Positions 40,298 to 50,768 of a DNA stretch of 64,000 nucleotides are shown here, one piece after another. Location of the stretch: assembly GCA_018780035.1 (NCBI GenBank), contig JADMKE010000008.1, positions 7,778 through 71,777 on the forward strand. Reading direction: 5' to 3'. A program made the position numbers and the translations under genes. This stretch comes from Candidatus Sericytochromatia bacterium (GTDB lineage: Bacteria > Cyanobacteriota > Sericytochromatia > UBA7694). The number at the start of each line of letters is the position of its first letter. Within the stretch, counting starts at the first letter, position 1. The notes under the pieces were generated by a model, which made no database searches, had not been told where the DNA came from, and worked only from the letters and a program-made list of their open reading frames with translations.

Positions 40298-40678
40298 ATG
40301 CCGCGTTATCTGGTTCTGTTTTTAGCTCTCTCTGTTCTGAGCACAGCTCTGAGCGCCTGCGAAGATTTGCCCGAAGCGGTGGTCAAACGCAATTCGGCTT
40401 TGCAGGGCAATATGGGTTGGAGCGGTGGCTTTGCACCGCTGCCCCCTTTGTCTGAGCCCGCTCCCCCGGCTCAACCCGGACAAGCCAATACCGATACAGG
40501 TTTTACAGATTTACCTGCGCTGCCTTTTCCGCCATTAAACCCCTTGCCAGAGCCCAGCCCAGCCCAGGCAGAAGAAGCGCCACCGGCGGCCACGCCAAAC
40601 ACACCCACTTCACCCGCACCGGCCAGCAGTCCAGCAGCGGGTGATGCACCTGTGGTCACTCCCAGTCAGACGCCTTAA
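40298..40678 (+). CDS. Small Pro-rich lipoprotein
   Basis: AGGAG RBS, lipobox LSAC, Pro/Ala-rich body. Confidence 0.65.
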   Translation: MPRYLVLFLALSVLSTALSACEDLPEAVVKRNSALQGNMGWSGGFAPLPPLSEPAPPAQPGQANTDTGFTDLPALPFPPLNPLPEPSPAQAEEAPPAATPNTPTSPAPASSPAAGDAPVVTPSQTP

Positions 40679-40696
40679 ACAGCGCGATAAACAGCG

Positions 40697-43216
40697 CTAT
40701 TTCCCAATTTCTTGAAAAGGCCCGTTGAGTTCAGCCTGAACTTCAGCCCCCGTGACGGTGCCTTTGGCCAAGGCCGTAAAGAGATAGACCAAATGAGCGG
40801 CTTGAATATTGCCTGTGTCTTGGCCAATTAACTCGCGCAGCGATTTTTCATAGGTCTCTGTCTTGGTTGCGCGGCTGTCGACATCGTTGTAGCGAATTTC
40901 CAATTTGATCTTCTGATCGAGCAGGTTTTCGACTTTGTTGGCTTTGAACTGCTCCCAAAAATACTGCGAGGTATTAAAAGAAAAATTGGTGGGCTGAACT
41001 TTGCTGGGATCTTGCGAGACCTGCTCGGCAGCAGATTCACCGTGATAGAGTTGGCCTGGGTATTCCAGTTTAAAGCGCACATTGCGGGCTGCCAAATCGA
41101 CCAGGGGAATAAAGCGATCGGTCATGGCCTCTTTCATATCCGTTTTACTGACCACGCTGTAATAGGCACCCCGGCCCGCTTCGGTGAGCGCATTGAGCAA
41201 CTCTTGATTGTGCTCATAACCCAGCCCAATTGCGGAGAGATACAGCCCTTGCTGATTGCGGCGGGCCACCAAATCTTTAAGTCCAGCCAGATCTTTGCTG
41301 CCTTCGGTCGGCAGGGCATCGGTAATAAACAAGAGACGGTTATTTTTGCTGGCATCGCGGTATTTCTCAGCCACACGGTACCCCTCTTCCAGGGCCGCCT
41401 GCAAATTGGTATTGCCCAGGGGCTCCAGTTTGCTGACTACCTGCAAATAGGGTTTGAGATCGGTGCCAAATTTAAGCCCTTCGATCTCTTTAAAAGGCTT
41501 GGCAGCAAAGGTCACCAAATTGATCACATCGCCCGGTTTGAGTTGGTCGAGCATTTGCTGCAAACCCGCTTTGAGCAAGTCCAGACGCGAAGGGGGTGAT
41601 TTGCCCGGCTCATCGGCAATGGGTGCATATTCGGTCATCGAATTGGAGACATCGGCCACCACCGTTAAGACCAGATTTTTGCGCGAGGTTTTACAGCGAT
41701 AAGGCGCTGTGACATGAACACCCAATTCATAGGTATCCAAAAGCGGATGACTGAGATGGGCACGGCGGGTCATGCCCATCGAAACCTGAAAAAGACCCGT
41801 GGAAGTCTGTTTGACATGATCGAAGTTTTCGTAATTCAAAAACTCCCAGGGGCGGGCCCACTCGGGTTTGGGCAATCGATTGCCCTGCAGAGCCTGTTTG
41901 ACCAGTTCCACCCCGGCGGTGCTGGCCGAGTCGTCGTAAGAGAAGTAAAACGATTCACGCGGGTTTTTGGGGGTCGGCAGGGGGGTCGGCATGGGCGTGG
42001 GGGTGGGCGTTGGCTCAGGAGTGGCCGTGGGCAAGCCCGTGGGAGTGGGAATGGGGGTCACCAAGGGAGCGGGCACCGTGGTCGAAGAGGTCAGCCGAAT
42101 GCGGTTGGGAAACAAAATGGCCTCATAATCGCCATCGGTCAATTTAAAGTATTTTTCTGTGCGGGCCACCCCAGATTTGTCGAGAATCTTGCCATCTCCG
42201 GCCTGCAGACCCCAGCTGTATTTGCTCAAATCGCTATCCAAAACCAAGTTGGCGGGCAATTTAACCTGTACCACCAGATCATCACTCGACCAAACAAATT
42301 GAAACTGCGCAGGGCTGGCAACCTGTTCTCCCAGGGCATTGGCATTGCGCAGATGCAAAGCAATATTCTTTTCGACCGAGGCTTTGTCCATCGGTTCACT
42401 AAAATTGAGCGTCAATCCCTGTGGAAGCGCATCCTCTCTATCTCTGATCCAGGCAGCCGCTCGCACTTCGGGCTTGTCGGTCAGGCCATTATAACCCGCT
42501 GAAAAAGTGGGGGCGCCCGCTGCACCGGTCCCAAAATCATAGCGATTGGCATTGGGATCGCCCTGTTTATTGGACTTGAGGACTTCAACACGGCTGCGAT
42601 CCGTAAAACCCTCTTTCGATAAAATAATTTCAACCTGCACCCCCGATGGGGCGTTATTAAAGGCATAAGTGCCACCTGCTGTGACTGTTGTGGCCTCAAA
42701 GGGAACCGAGCTATTGAGCGAACGCACCGTGACGGTCGCTCCATCAACTGGATTGCCCTCTTCGTCAAAGATCTTGCCATTAAAGGTCGTTTTTTCGATC
42801 ACCGAAATATCCGAAGTGGCGCTGGGCAGGGGGGTGTTCTGCGGAACAGGCGTGCCCACGGGCACTGGCGGGGGGGCGCCAAAGATATTGCCCGGCCCCT
42901 GGTTGGGATCACTGGGCCCAAAGCCTTTGAGGGCCAAAAGCTTTTCAATCATCTGGCGGTACTCACGGGCGGTTTCGCGGGCATAGCCCTGCTCTCCGGC
43001 AACCGCCTGGCCGCTGCAAAACCGGGCCACAGTCGGGTCGAGACCGCCACCGCCCAAAACCTGAAAGGTGCCCACAGGGGCATTGGAAGTGACTTCTGGG
43101 GGATTGTTGATCACAATCACCGGATTGGCGGTAATTTTGGTGGCAGGAACACAGGCCTGAAGACCGATCAGCAGGGTGAGTGCACAAGACGATTTAAAGC
43201 GATGCAACATAATCAA
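40697..43216 (-). CDS. Lipoprotein with carboxypeptidase-regulatory-like, Ig-like and vWA domains
   Basis: Lipobox LQAC, GKIFDEEGNPVDGATV, FSEPMD, PT-repeat linker, and vWA MIDAS motif DVSNS. Confidence 0.8.
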   Translation of the reverse strand: MIMLHRFKSSCALTLLIGLQACVPATKITANPVIVINNPPEVTSNAPVGTFQVLGGGGLDPTVARFCSGQAVAGEQGYARETAREYRQMIEKLLALKGFGPSDPNQGPGNIFGAPPPVPVGTPVPQNTPLPSATSDISVIEKTTFNGKIFDEEGNPVDGATVTVRSLNSSVPFEATTVTAGGTYAFNNAPSGVQVEIILSKEGFTDRSRVEVLKSNKQGDPNANRYDFGTGAAGAPTFSAGYNGLTDKPEVRAAAWIRDREDALPQGLTLNFSEPMDKASVEKNIALHLRNANALGEQVASPAQFQFVWSSDDLVVQVKLPANLVLDSDLSKYSWGLQAGDGKILDKSGVARTEKYFKLTDGDYEAILFPNRIRLTSSTTVPAPLVTPIPTPTGLPTATPEPTPTPTPMPTPLPTPKNPRESFYFSYDDSASTAGVELVKQALQGNRLPKPEWARPWEFLNYENFDHVKQTSTGLFQVSMGMTRRAHLSHPLLDTYELGVHVTAPYRCKTSRKNLVLTVVADVSNSMTEYAPIADEPGKSPPSRLDLLKAGLQQMLDQLKPGDVINLVTFAAKPFKEIEGLKFGTDLKPYLQVVSKLEPLGNTNLQAALEEGYRVAEKYRDASKNNRLLFITDALPTEGSKDLAGLKDLVARRNQQGLYLSAIGLGYEHNQELLNALTEAGRGAYYSVVSKTDMKEAMTDRFIPLVDLAARNVRFKLEYPGQLYHGESAAEQVSQDPSKVQPTNFSFNTSQYFWEQFKANKVENLLDQKIKLEIRYNDVDSRATKTETYEKSLRELIGQDTGNIQAAHLVYLFTALAKGTVTGAEVQAELNGPFQEIGK

Positions 43217-43303
43217 AGGGCCTCGTTTGCAAGTGAATATTTTTAAAGGGACGCTGACCCAAGTACGGGGGTTCCCTCTTTCGGTCTTAAACTGTTAAAA
43301 AAA

Positions 43304-44110
43304 TTAGACTTCAGAGGCATAGTCGGGCCTAAGCAGGGGTTTTCCGCTGTTTGAGCGCTCCAATTGCCAAAAAGAACCATAAATATCCGCCAAAAGTTCG
43401 GGGCGAATCACAGCATCGGCAGGCCCCTGGGCCACAGTCTGGCCCTGGTGGAGCAAAAGCAATTGATCGGCAAAATGGGCAGCCAGATTGAGATCGTGCA
43501 AAACCACCACAATGCCGACCTGATTGCCAGCAATCTCGCGCAACAGACGCATGACCTGAACCTCGGCCTGAATATCCAAATGGGCTGTGGGTTCATCCAA
43601 AAGCAGCAATTGTGGGGTTTGGGCCAAAGCCCTGGCCAATTGTGCTTTTTGCCATTCCCCACTGCTCAGGCTCTGCACCATTTGCTCAGCCAAGGGAGTT
43701 AAATCACAGCGCTCCAAAACCTGGGCCAAAACCTGCCGATCCGTGGCGCTGAGGCGGCCCAGCCAGTCCTGAAAGGGGGTTCGACCCAAAGCCACATATT
43801 CAGCCAGGCGCAAAGGGAAAGCGGGCAGCGCTTCACGGGGATTGATCACAGCCACGTGCCTTGCCCTTTCGGGTGCCGGATAGTCAACCAGCGGGCGCCC
43901 CAATAATTGCACCTGTCCGGCAGAAGGTGTGAGAAGCCCCGCCAAAAGTTTGAGCAGAGTGGATTTGCCCGCGCCATTGGGGCCCACCAGGGCCAAAATT
44001 TCGCCGGGCCTTAAACTGAGCGAAATCCCTTTGACCAAGGCCCGTTCACCCAGGGCAAAACCCAGTTGAGAGGCCGTTAAAAGTGGCTCCCCCCCCAACG
44101 CCACAGCCAT
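43304..44110 (-). CDS. ABC transporter ATP-binding protein (iron-complex/cobalamin type)
   Basis: GPNGAGKST, LSSGE, LLLDEPTAHLD, VLHDLNLA. Confidence 0.92.
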   Translation of the reverse strand: MAVALGGEPLLTASQLGFALGERALVKGISLSLRPGEILALVGPNGAGKSTLLKLLAGLLTPSAGQVQLLGRPLVDYPAPERARHVAVINPREALPAFPLRLAEYVALGRTPFQDWLGRLSATDRQVLAQVLERCDLTPLAEQMVQSLSSGEWQKAQLARALAQTPQLLLLDEPTAHLDIQAEVQVMRLLREIAGNQVGIVVVLHDLNLAAHFADQLLLLHQGQTVAQGPADAVIRPELLADIYGSFWQLERSNSGKPLLRPDYASEV

Positions 44111-45678
44111 CAGCGGGGCCGGTTTTTCTGCAGCTCTTTGAGATCCTGAATCACCTTGCGAATCTTGGCTGCATCTTCGGCCTGGGGCTCTTGCTTGAGA
44201 TAGGCCTCAAAATGCTGGATTGCAGGCTGAATCTGTCCCTGTTTGGCATAGGTCAGCCCCAGATTGCGCAAAATATCTGGTCGCTGTTTGTCCTGTTTGA
44301 GAGCGGCCTGCAAATCCAAAATCGCCTGGGGATAATTCTGGGCATTGTAATAGAGCACCCCCCGCAGAGCCAAAGCATCGGCGTATTTGGGATTGAGCTG
44401 AATCGCCTGATTGAGATAGGCCATTGAGCGGCCACGGGTGGCAGGCTCAGCAAACAAGACACTGGCAAGGGTATAGTTCAATTCCGCGTTTTGAGGAGCC
44501 AAACTCAGGGCCTGATTAAAATGATTCAGGGCTTTGTCGGTATTGCCCTGCTGGTAGGCCAATTTGCCGAGCTGAATCCAGGCAGCTACAAATTGGGGTT
44601 TGAGCTGGGTGCTGGACTGGAAATAGGCCTCAGCCAAATCGGGATTGTTTTGCTGCAGATGGAGTTTGCCCAGGCGATAGAGTGTATCTGAATAGGTTTT
44701 ATCCTGTTTGGCCAATTGCTCAAAACTGCGGATCGCCATTTCGGGTTGCCCACCCTCTTCTTGCAAACGCCCCTGATCATAGAGCGCGGGCAAATAATCG
44801 GGACGAATCAAAAGCAGATTGTTGAGCACCCCTAAGGCTTTGGCATTTTGCCCGAGGCGCTCGTAACTCAAAGCCATCTGGTGGTGGGCATTGACGTGGG
44901 TGGGTACCTGGGCCACGGCTTGAACCAGGGCCGCCAAGGCGGCGTTATAATTGCCGGTCTGATTGTAAATCCAGCCCAATTGGTAATGGGCCTCGCTAAA
45001 AGTGGGGTCTTGGAGCAGGGCCTGCTGATAAGCCTGAATGGCTTCTTTCCAACGTTTTTGCAATTTGAACTGGTTGCCCGCCTCGTAGTGCTGAATCGCA
45101 GAGACCGAACGGGCACCGGAAGAAGTTGCCAGAGTGGCTTTTTGTTTTTTCTCTAACAGGGCGAGCTGTTGGCGGGCCCCAACATGTTCGGGCTGCAGGG
45201 TCAGCACTTTGCGATAGGCTTCGATTGCTTTGTCTGACATATTGGATTGAGAGTATGAAATGGCCAGATTGTACCAAACATCGGGATCTTCGCTGCGAAA
45301 TTTGAGCAAATAGCGGTAGACTTCCAGGGCCTTGTCCCAGGCCTTGGTTTCGATATAGACCACACCGAGATTGTTATAAGCGTCAAAATAATCGGCGTCC
45401 AGGGCAATCGCCTGACGATAGGCCTCAATCGCCTGTGTGGTCTGTTTATTAAAATAATAGACCACACCCAGGTTATAACAGAGCAGGGGATCGGTCGGAC
45501 GCAGCTTCTGCAAAGCCAAATAATGGCGTATGGCCTCGGGATAATTTTTACTGCTGTAGGCCTGATAGGCCTTTTGCTCCAAGGCCGCTGTGTCTGCGGC
45601 AAAAACAGGAGGAGTCAAAAGCAGAGTGAGCAGAGTGAGAGAGAAAACTATTGTTCGGGAGCGCCTTTGTGGGCCCAT
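44110..45678 (-). CDS. Secreted TPR-repeat protein
   Basis: Signal peptide followed by about 12 TPRs. Confidence 0.9.
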   Translation of the reverse strand: MGPQRRSRTIVFSLTLLTLLLTPPVFAADTAALEQKAYQAYSSKNYPEAIRHYLALQKLRPTDPLLCYNLGVVYYFNKQTTQAIEAYRQAIALDADYFDAYNNLGVVYIETKAWDKALEVYRYLLKFRSEDPDVWYNLAISYSQSNMSDKAIEAYRKVLTLQPEHVGARQQLALLEKKQKATLATSSGARSVSAIQHYEAGNQFKLQKRWKEAIQAYQQALLQDPTFSEAHYQLGWIYNQTGNYNAALAALVQAVAQVPTHVNAHHQMALSYERLGQNAKALGVLNNLLLIRPDYLPALYDQGRLQEEGGQPEMAIRSFEQLAKQDKTYSDTLYRLGKLHLQQNNPDLAEAYFQSSTQLKPQFVAAWIQLGKLAYQQGNTDKALNHFNQALSLAPQNAELNYTLASVLFAEPATRGRSMAYLNQAIQLNPKYADALALRGVLYYNAQNYPQAILDLQAALKQDKQRPDILRNLGLTYAKQGQIQPAIQHFEAYLKQEPQAEDAAKIRKVIQDLKELQKNRPR

Positions 45679-46709
45679 GTTGCGTATGCCTCGGAGAGTT
45701 TAAGCGGCTTCTGCTGGAAAGGTTGGGGTCGGTTGCTGACAAAGACCAGAAAACTTTCGAGATCAGAATAGGTGATCTCCCGCAGCACATCATGCATGGG
45801 GATGCCCATAAATGGACCACGGGGGGGAGCGGGTAATTTTTGCCCATAAGGGGCACAGTTGCGAATTTCTTCAATCGCACGGGTCATCCACTCGTACTCC
45901 TGGCGCTTGTTGCCAGGCAGCAATTCACGCACGTCTTTTTCAGTCAAAAAAGGCCGGTTGTGAATCGTGGAAAAAAAGATTTTTTGTTCCACCAATTTGC
46001 CAAAGCCCGAACGGAAAGAGGGCAATTGAGAATCATCGGGTTCAGCCTCGACAAACGGAGCTGTGCCCAAAGGGATATGGGTCTGCACAGTCCGAACTGG
46101 GGCTCTGCGATTGCCTCCCAAGAGTTTATCTGAGAGGGTGCGCAAGACAAAGGTAAATTCTTGAATGATGGCCTTGACCAAACCCACCGTAATTTTATGA
46201 AAAAAGTGGGCCAAGGCATCGGCCAACCCCATCACCGTTTCGACAATCGGCTCAAACATGCGCTGAAAGCCATTGCTGATCCGATCGCCAAAATTATCGA
46301 TGCGGTTGCCCACCACATTGGAAACCCGGTCTATCTCCTGATTCATCTCAGAGACATAATGGTCGAGATGGTTGGTGCTGTGTTTGACGGGACGGGAGGG
46401 GCCTTGAGGCACCCCATCTTTGATCTGGCGCGACGTCGAAGGCAGGGCCTTGGGCAAACTGTCTGCTGGGGGCAGAGGCGCAGAACCACCTGCCAGCGCA
46501 GCGGATTTGGGCGTGGCTTTGGTCGCAGATTTGTTCACAGGCGCCGCAGGCAGATTGCCTGTTTGAGCTGAGCTTTCGGGGGAGGCAGGCAATTGACGGG
46601 TATTTTTTTTCTGGCTCTCGTTAATGGCTTCGCGGCTGAAGGACATATTGTCACTCCATTGCGAACGCCGATAAAGTTCATCGGTGGTGGGTTTTTTCTT
46701 ATCAGCCAC
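45648..46709 (-). CDS. Hypothetical protein
   Basis: 353-aa ORF with a low-complexity N-terminus and a globular C-terminus. Overlaps the TPR gene start. Confidence 0.7.
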   Translation of the reverse strand: MADKKKPTTDELYRRSQWSDNMSFSREAINESQKKNTRQLPASPESSAQTGNLPAAPVNKSATKATPKSAALAGGSAPLPPADSLPKALPSTSRQIKDGVPQGPSRPVKHSTNHLDHYVSEMNQEIDRVSNVVGNRIDNFGDRISNGFQRMFEPIVETVMGLADALAHFFHKITVGLVKAIIQEFTFVLRTLSDKLLGGNRRAPVRTVQTHIPLGTAPFVEAEPDDSQLPSFRSGFGKLVEQKIFFSTIHNRPFLTEKDVRELLPGNKRQEYEWMTRAIEEIRNCAPYGQKLPAPPRGPFMGIPMHDVLREITYSDLESFLVFVSNRPQPFQQKPLKLSEAYATWAHKGAPEQ

Positions 46710-46890
46710 TGTGTTTAGCCATTTCCGGCGCTTGCCGCTTGTTCATAAGTCTCAGCAGAATACCTCACAATTGCAAAATCAGGAGAAAAGTGGGGAGATG
46801 CTGCCTAAAAATAATTATAACGTATGTTGCTGCGCATCTTGCCAAGTCGCCAGATTGAATTTTGGCAAAGTCTTGTACTATGCTTGTACT

Positions 46891-49167
46891 ATGTTCAAAC
46901 AGATCTTTCAGCAGGACGGTTATAAACCCCGCGAGGTAGAGCACGCACTCACACCACGGGCCCTGGTCTTTTTGACTGTGATGGTGGCGATTCTCGCGAC
47001 AGCCTTTACAGCCCAAAGCCCCCTGTTTTTGCCCAGTGCGGCAATCAGCGTGACCCTGGGGGGCAGTTGGCTGAGTTGGAAGCGGCGTGAGGCCAAAAAT
47101 TGGTGGATCAAACTGATCCTGGCCCTGCTGATGCTGGTGGCCCTGGCCAATTTTATGTTTGAGATCAGCGATAACCCCTTTGATGCCCGTGTGCCCCTGG
47201 CCCATCTGCTGATCTGGCTACAAGTGCTTCACAGCTTCGACCTGCCCCGGCGCAAAGACCTCTTTTATTCGCTTTGGGTGGCCCTGGTGCTGATCAGTGT
47301 GGCCGCCACACTCAGCCGCGAAGCCAATTTTAGCTTGTTTTTAGTCGCCTATTCTTTTTTCAGTCTGCTCAGCATCTATTACAGCCACCTCTCCAGCCAG
47401 CATGTCAAAGCCCCGCCGATCCGGCTCAGCCTCAAAATCCTGCTGCCTGTGATGGGCCTGACCCTGCTCGGTGCCCTGCTGGCGTTTGTGGTCATGCCCC
47501 GCTATTCAGGTCTCAAAATCCAGAGTTTTCCCGTTTCGATTCAAATGAAAAACCTGCCCTTTTTTCAGGGCGAGATCAAAAACCGGGCTTATCAAAACCG
47601 CAATACCCAAAACAGCTCAGGCAATAATCAGGTGCAGAGCAAACGCGATAAATTTGATCCAATGGCCTATTACGGCTTTAGTACCAAACTCGATTTAAAT
47701 TACCGGGGAAAACTGTCAGATCAGGTGGTAATGCGGGTTCAAAGCAACCGTCCGGCCTATTGGCGCGGCATGTCTTTTGATGTCTACAACGGCCAGAGCT
47801 GGAGCATGACCCACCCCATGCGCCTCAAGCGGCTGGGCCAAGGTCAAAACCCGATCTGGGTCAGGCAGACAGCCCAACTCAAACAAAATGTGGTGCCACG
47901 CGAGCGCCTGATTCAAACCTATTATATTGAAAAAGATCAGAGCAATTTGGTCTTTCATGCCGCTTATGCCGAGCTGGTCTATTTCCCCACCACCTATCTG
48001 CTAATGGACCTCTACGGCGGCCTGCGCAGCCCGATTGAACTCTTTGAGGGCACGGTCTACACAGTCATCTCCGAGGTGCCGATCTTTGACACAAAAAAAT
48101 TGGCGAATATCCGCTGGGAACAGGTCTTAAACCCCATGCCCAGCCAAGAGCAACCCAGCGAATACAAACAGATTCCCGCCCGTCTGCCTGCGCGGGTTAC
48201 TGCCCTGGCAAAAAGCTGGAGCAACAACAGCGAGGGGCCTTATCAGGCTTTGCGCAACATCGAGCAAAAGCTCAAACAAAACTACCCCTACAATCTGGAT
48301 ATCCCCGAATTTCCAGAAAAAGCAGACACCGTCGATTATTTTCTCTTTCAACAAAAGTCGGGCTATTGTGAACATTTTGCCTCGGCCTTTGTGCTAATGG
48401 CGCGCAGCTTGGGCCTGCCCGCCCGCTTTGTGACGGGTTATACCTCTGGGCAATACAATCCCATCACCGGCTATTTTGAGGTGCGCAGCAGCGACGCCCA
48501 CGGCTGGGCCGAGGTCTATTTCCCGCATCAGGGCTGGGTGCCTTTTGATCCCACCCCCGGCTATGTGGCGTATATCGCCGAACCCAGCGTGAACAAAGAA
48601 AACAACGCCAACCAACTGGGCAAGTTTCTGATGCGCTTTTTGCCCGAGGGCCTCAAAAAAGCCCTCGAAAGTGGACTCAATGCTGGCTTGCAATTGCTGG
48701 CCAATGGCTTTAAAGCCCTGAACCAGTTCTTGCAGGTGGTCTCTCCCGCCCAGCTCACCATCTGGGTCGCGGGCCTGATCGGCCTGATTCTGGCGGGGGT
48801 CTATTTGAATTCTCTGCGTGTCAAACGCAGCGTGGCCGCCACGCTCTGGCAACCGGCTTATCGCCAAGAGAGCGCCCGCCAAGCCATCGTCGCGTCCTAC
48901 TTGGCTTGGCTTGAAAAAGCCGAAGCCCGTTTGGGAATTGCGCCGCCCCTGGGGGCCACACCACGGGAGCGGGTTCAGGGTATTTTGGCAGAACGTGAGA
49001 GTGAAACACTACAGCCTGCTTTGGGGGCCTTAACTGAACATTATTATGAGCTGCGCTATAATCCACAGCCGGTGACACCTGAGCGCGTGGCTGCCTGTGA
49101 GGCGCTTCTGCGCGAAGTGGAGCGGGAATTGGGGCAATGGGAAACCGTCAAAGAACTCCAGGCATAG
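46891..49167 (+). CDS. TgpA-like transglutaminase-domain membrane protein (DUF3488)
   Basis: N-terminal TM segments, then GYCEHFASA, ARFVTGY, HGWAEVY and WVPFDPTPG. Confidence 0.92.
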   Translation: MFKQIFQQDGYKPREVEHALTPRALVFLTVMVAILATAFTAQSPLFLPSAAISVTLGGSWLSWKRREAKNWWIKLILALLMLVALANFMFEISDNPFDARVPLAHLLIWLQVLHSFDLPRRKDLFYSLWVALVLISVAATLSREANFSLFLVAYSFFSLLSIYYSHLSSQHVKAPPIRLSLKILLPVMGLTLLGALLAFVVMPRYSGLKIQSFPVSIQMKNLPFFQGEIKNRAYQNRNTQNSSGNNQVQSKRDKFDPMAYYGFSTKLDLNYRGKLSDQVVMRVQSNRPAYWRGMSFDVYNGQSWSMTHPMRLKRLGQGQNPIWVRQTAQLKQNVVPRERLIQTYYIEKDQSNLVFHAAYAELVYFPTTYLLMDLYGGLRSPIELFEGTVYTVISEVPIFDTKKLANIRWEQVLNPMPSQEQPSEYKQIPARLPARVTALAKSWSNNSEGPYQALRNIEQKLKQNYPYNLDIPEFPEKADTVDYFLFQQKSGYCEHFASAFVLMARSLGLPARFVTGYTSGQYNPITGYFEVRSSDAHGWAEVYFPHQGWVPFDPTPGYVAYIAEPSVNKENNANQLGKFLMRFLPEGLKKALESGLNAGLQLLANGFKALNQFLQVVSPAQLTIWVAGLIGLILAGVYLNSLRVKRSVAATLWQPAYRQESARQAIVASYLAWLEKAEARLGIAPPLGATPRERVQGILAERESETLQPALGALTEHYYELRYNPQPVTPERVAACEALLREVERELGQWETVKELQA

Positions 49168-49192
49168 CTCGGCTGATTCATTCAGTTTAAAT

Positions 49193-49783
49193 TTAGGGGC
49201 TTGGTGTGCTGCTGGGAGTTGGGGTTGGTTCAGTGGGTTTGGAGAGATGAAGGGTGATAGCGTTTGATATGCAGTTTGGATATTTTTTTCCACAGACAGC
49301 ATCAGGTTCAGTCTTCAGGTCAAAGTTTTGTTTTCCCAACACATCACCGTTGAGGTTTCTTAGAGTCACAGCAACTTGTTTAGAATGCCCCACTCTTCTA
49401 AAAAGAAACTGATTAATATTTATAGGCTTTGAATCGTTATACTTAGTAGGCGGTTTTGTAGGAGATGAAGAGGGCGTTGTTGGAACTATCTCCTCAAATA
49501 GTCCCGAGCAAGTCCCTTCTATTGTTTGCATATTAACGACCTCTTTGACTGGCTCTCCTCGTTGTGAAGTAGGCACAAAGAAACATTTTTTTTTGACTGT
49601 TTGAGTATCCAGCTTGAGTTCAAGTTCAATGCTCTCTTTAACGGGAGGGTTTAGATCAATGCTGAGAAAAGGTCCTTCTCCATGACAACCCCCACACCCA
49701 ACTTTTTTACTTTCAGTCTCGCAGCCAATCAAAAGCCCCAAAAGTAAAATCAAAAACCCTCCCAGTATAATCTCTTGTCTCAT
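49193..49783 (-). CDS. Hypothetical lipoprotein (paralog 1)
   Basis: Lipobox LIGC, CxxC motif, C-terminus shared with 50054-50653. Confidence 0.7.
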   Translation of the reverse strand: MRQEIILGGFLILLLGLLIGCETESKKVGCGGCHGEGPFLSIDLNPPVKESIELELKLDTQTVKKKCFFVPTSQRGEPVKEVVNMQTIEGTCSGLFEEIVPTTPSSSPTKPPTKYNDSKPININQFLFRRVGHSKQVAVTLRNLNGDVLGKQNFDLKTEPDAVCGKKYPNCISNAITLHLSKPTEPTPTPSSTPSP

Positions 49784-50053
49784 TTAATGCCTCTTAAATT
49801 TAAGTCAACAAATTAACAGATAATGAACCCGACCAGTGTTAAAAACCATCTTTTTAGCATAACATCCAATAACTGTTAACTTATCTTTCCTATGTACTTA
49901 TACCAAATGGGAGATATAATTCGCCATTAACGCATACTCATCCATGTTCGTTTAAAGCAAGGAATAACAAGGTTCGGCCATTAGTTGTTTGGCGTGTTTC
50001 CCATCATTTTGGTATTACCTTATTTGTGTGTTGATGAGATCCTTTATTAAAAT

Positions 50054-50653
50054 TTAGGGGCTTGGCGTGCTACTGGGAGTGGGCGTTGGTTCTGCTGGTT
50101 TCGATAAATGAAGGGTGACTTCTGTTGATGTGCAGTTCGGATATTTGGGACTACACCCAGGATATATTTCAGTGCTTAGCTTAAAGTTCTGCTGAGCCAA
50201 CACATCACCAGCAAGGTTTCTTAGAATTACTTGAATTTCCTTTTCTTTGATACCCCAGAAAACAAGTTCATTAATATCAATACGTTGAATGTCTTCTGGT
50301 TTCAAAAATACAGGGAGTGGCAGTTTATGGGACGAAGGTGTTGGGGATGGCGAAGGTGCTGTTGATATACTGGTGCCTGAACAATAAAAGCCCATGCCCC
50401 CCTGTATGTCATCTATTACTTTTGATGATTCCTGTGGATGGAAATTACATTTACGTGTCATGATCGTTTTTGTTTTGTCCTTAAGTTCAATCTCCACGCT
50501 TTCTTTAACAGGCGGGTCCAAACGTATATTTAAAAACTGCCCCATGCCCTGACATGGAGCACACTGCATTAGCTCTTGTTCAGATACGCCACATGAAAAT
50601 AAAAAGGTAAACAGAATACAAAGAGAACTTCGCCAAAACATCTTAAAATTCAC
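50054..50653 (-). CDS. Hypothetical lipoprotein (paralog 2)
   Basis: Lipobox LFSC, CxxC, PPVKES.E.EL, KYPNC...TLHLSKP.EPTPTPSSTPSP. Confidence 0.7.
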   Translation of the reverse strand: MNFKMFWRSSLCILFTFLFSCGVSEQELMQCAPCQGMGQFLNIRLDPPVKESVEIELKDKTKTIMTRKCNFHPQESSKVIDDIQGGMGFYCSGTSISTAPSPSPTPSSHKLPLPVFLKPEDIQRIDINELVFWGIKEKEIQVILRNLAGDVLAQQNFKLSTEIYPGCSPKYPNCTSTEVTLHLSKPAEPTPTPSSTPSP

Positions 50654-50768
50654 TTTGATACCTCACATGAACACTCCTGTTCAACCTCAATGACTATTCC
50701 TGGTTCAGTACAACTTGCGTGATCGTGACAAAGATAATGCCCGTTTGAGTGAGCAAAGCATCAGTCCC

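Noticed and set aside
41960..42060. GGGGT-rich tandem repeats
   Set aside because: They encode a Pro-Thr linker in the vWA lipoprotein.
49784..50053. Possible toxin-tip remnant between the paralogous lipoproteins
   Set aside because: No convincing ORF or motif found.
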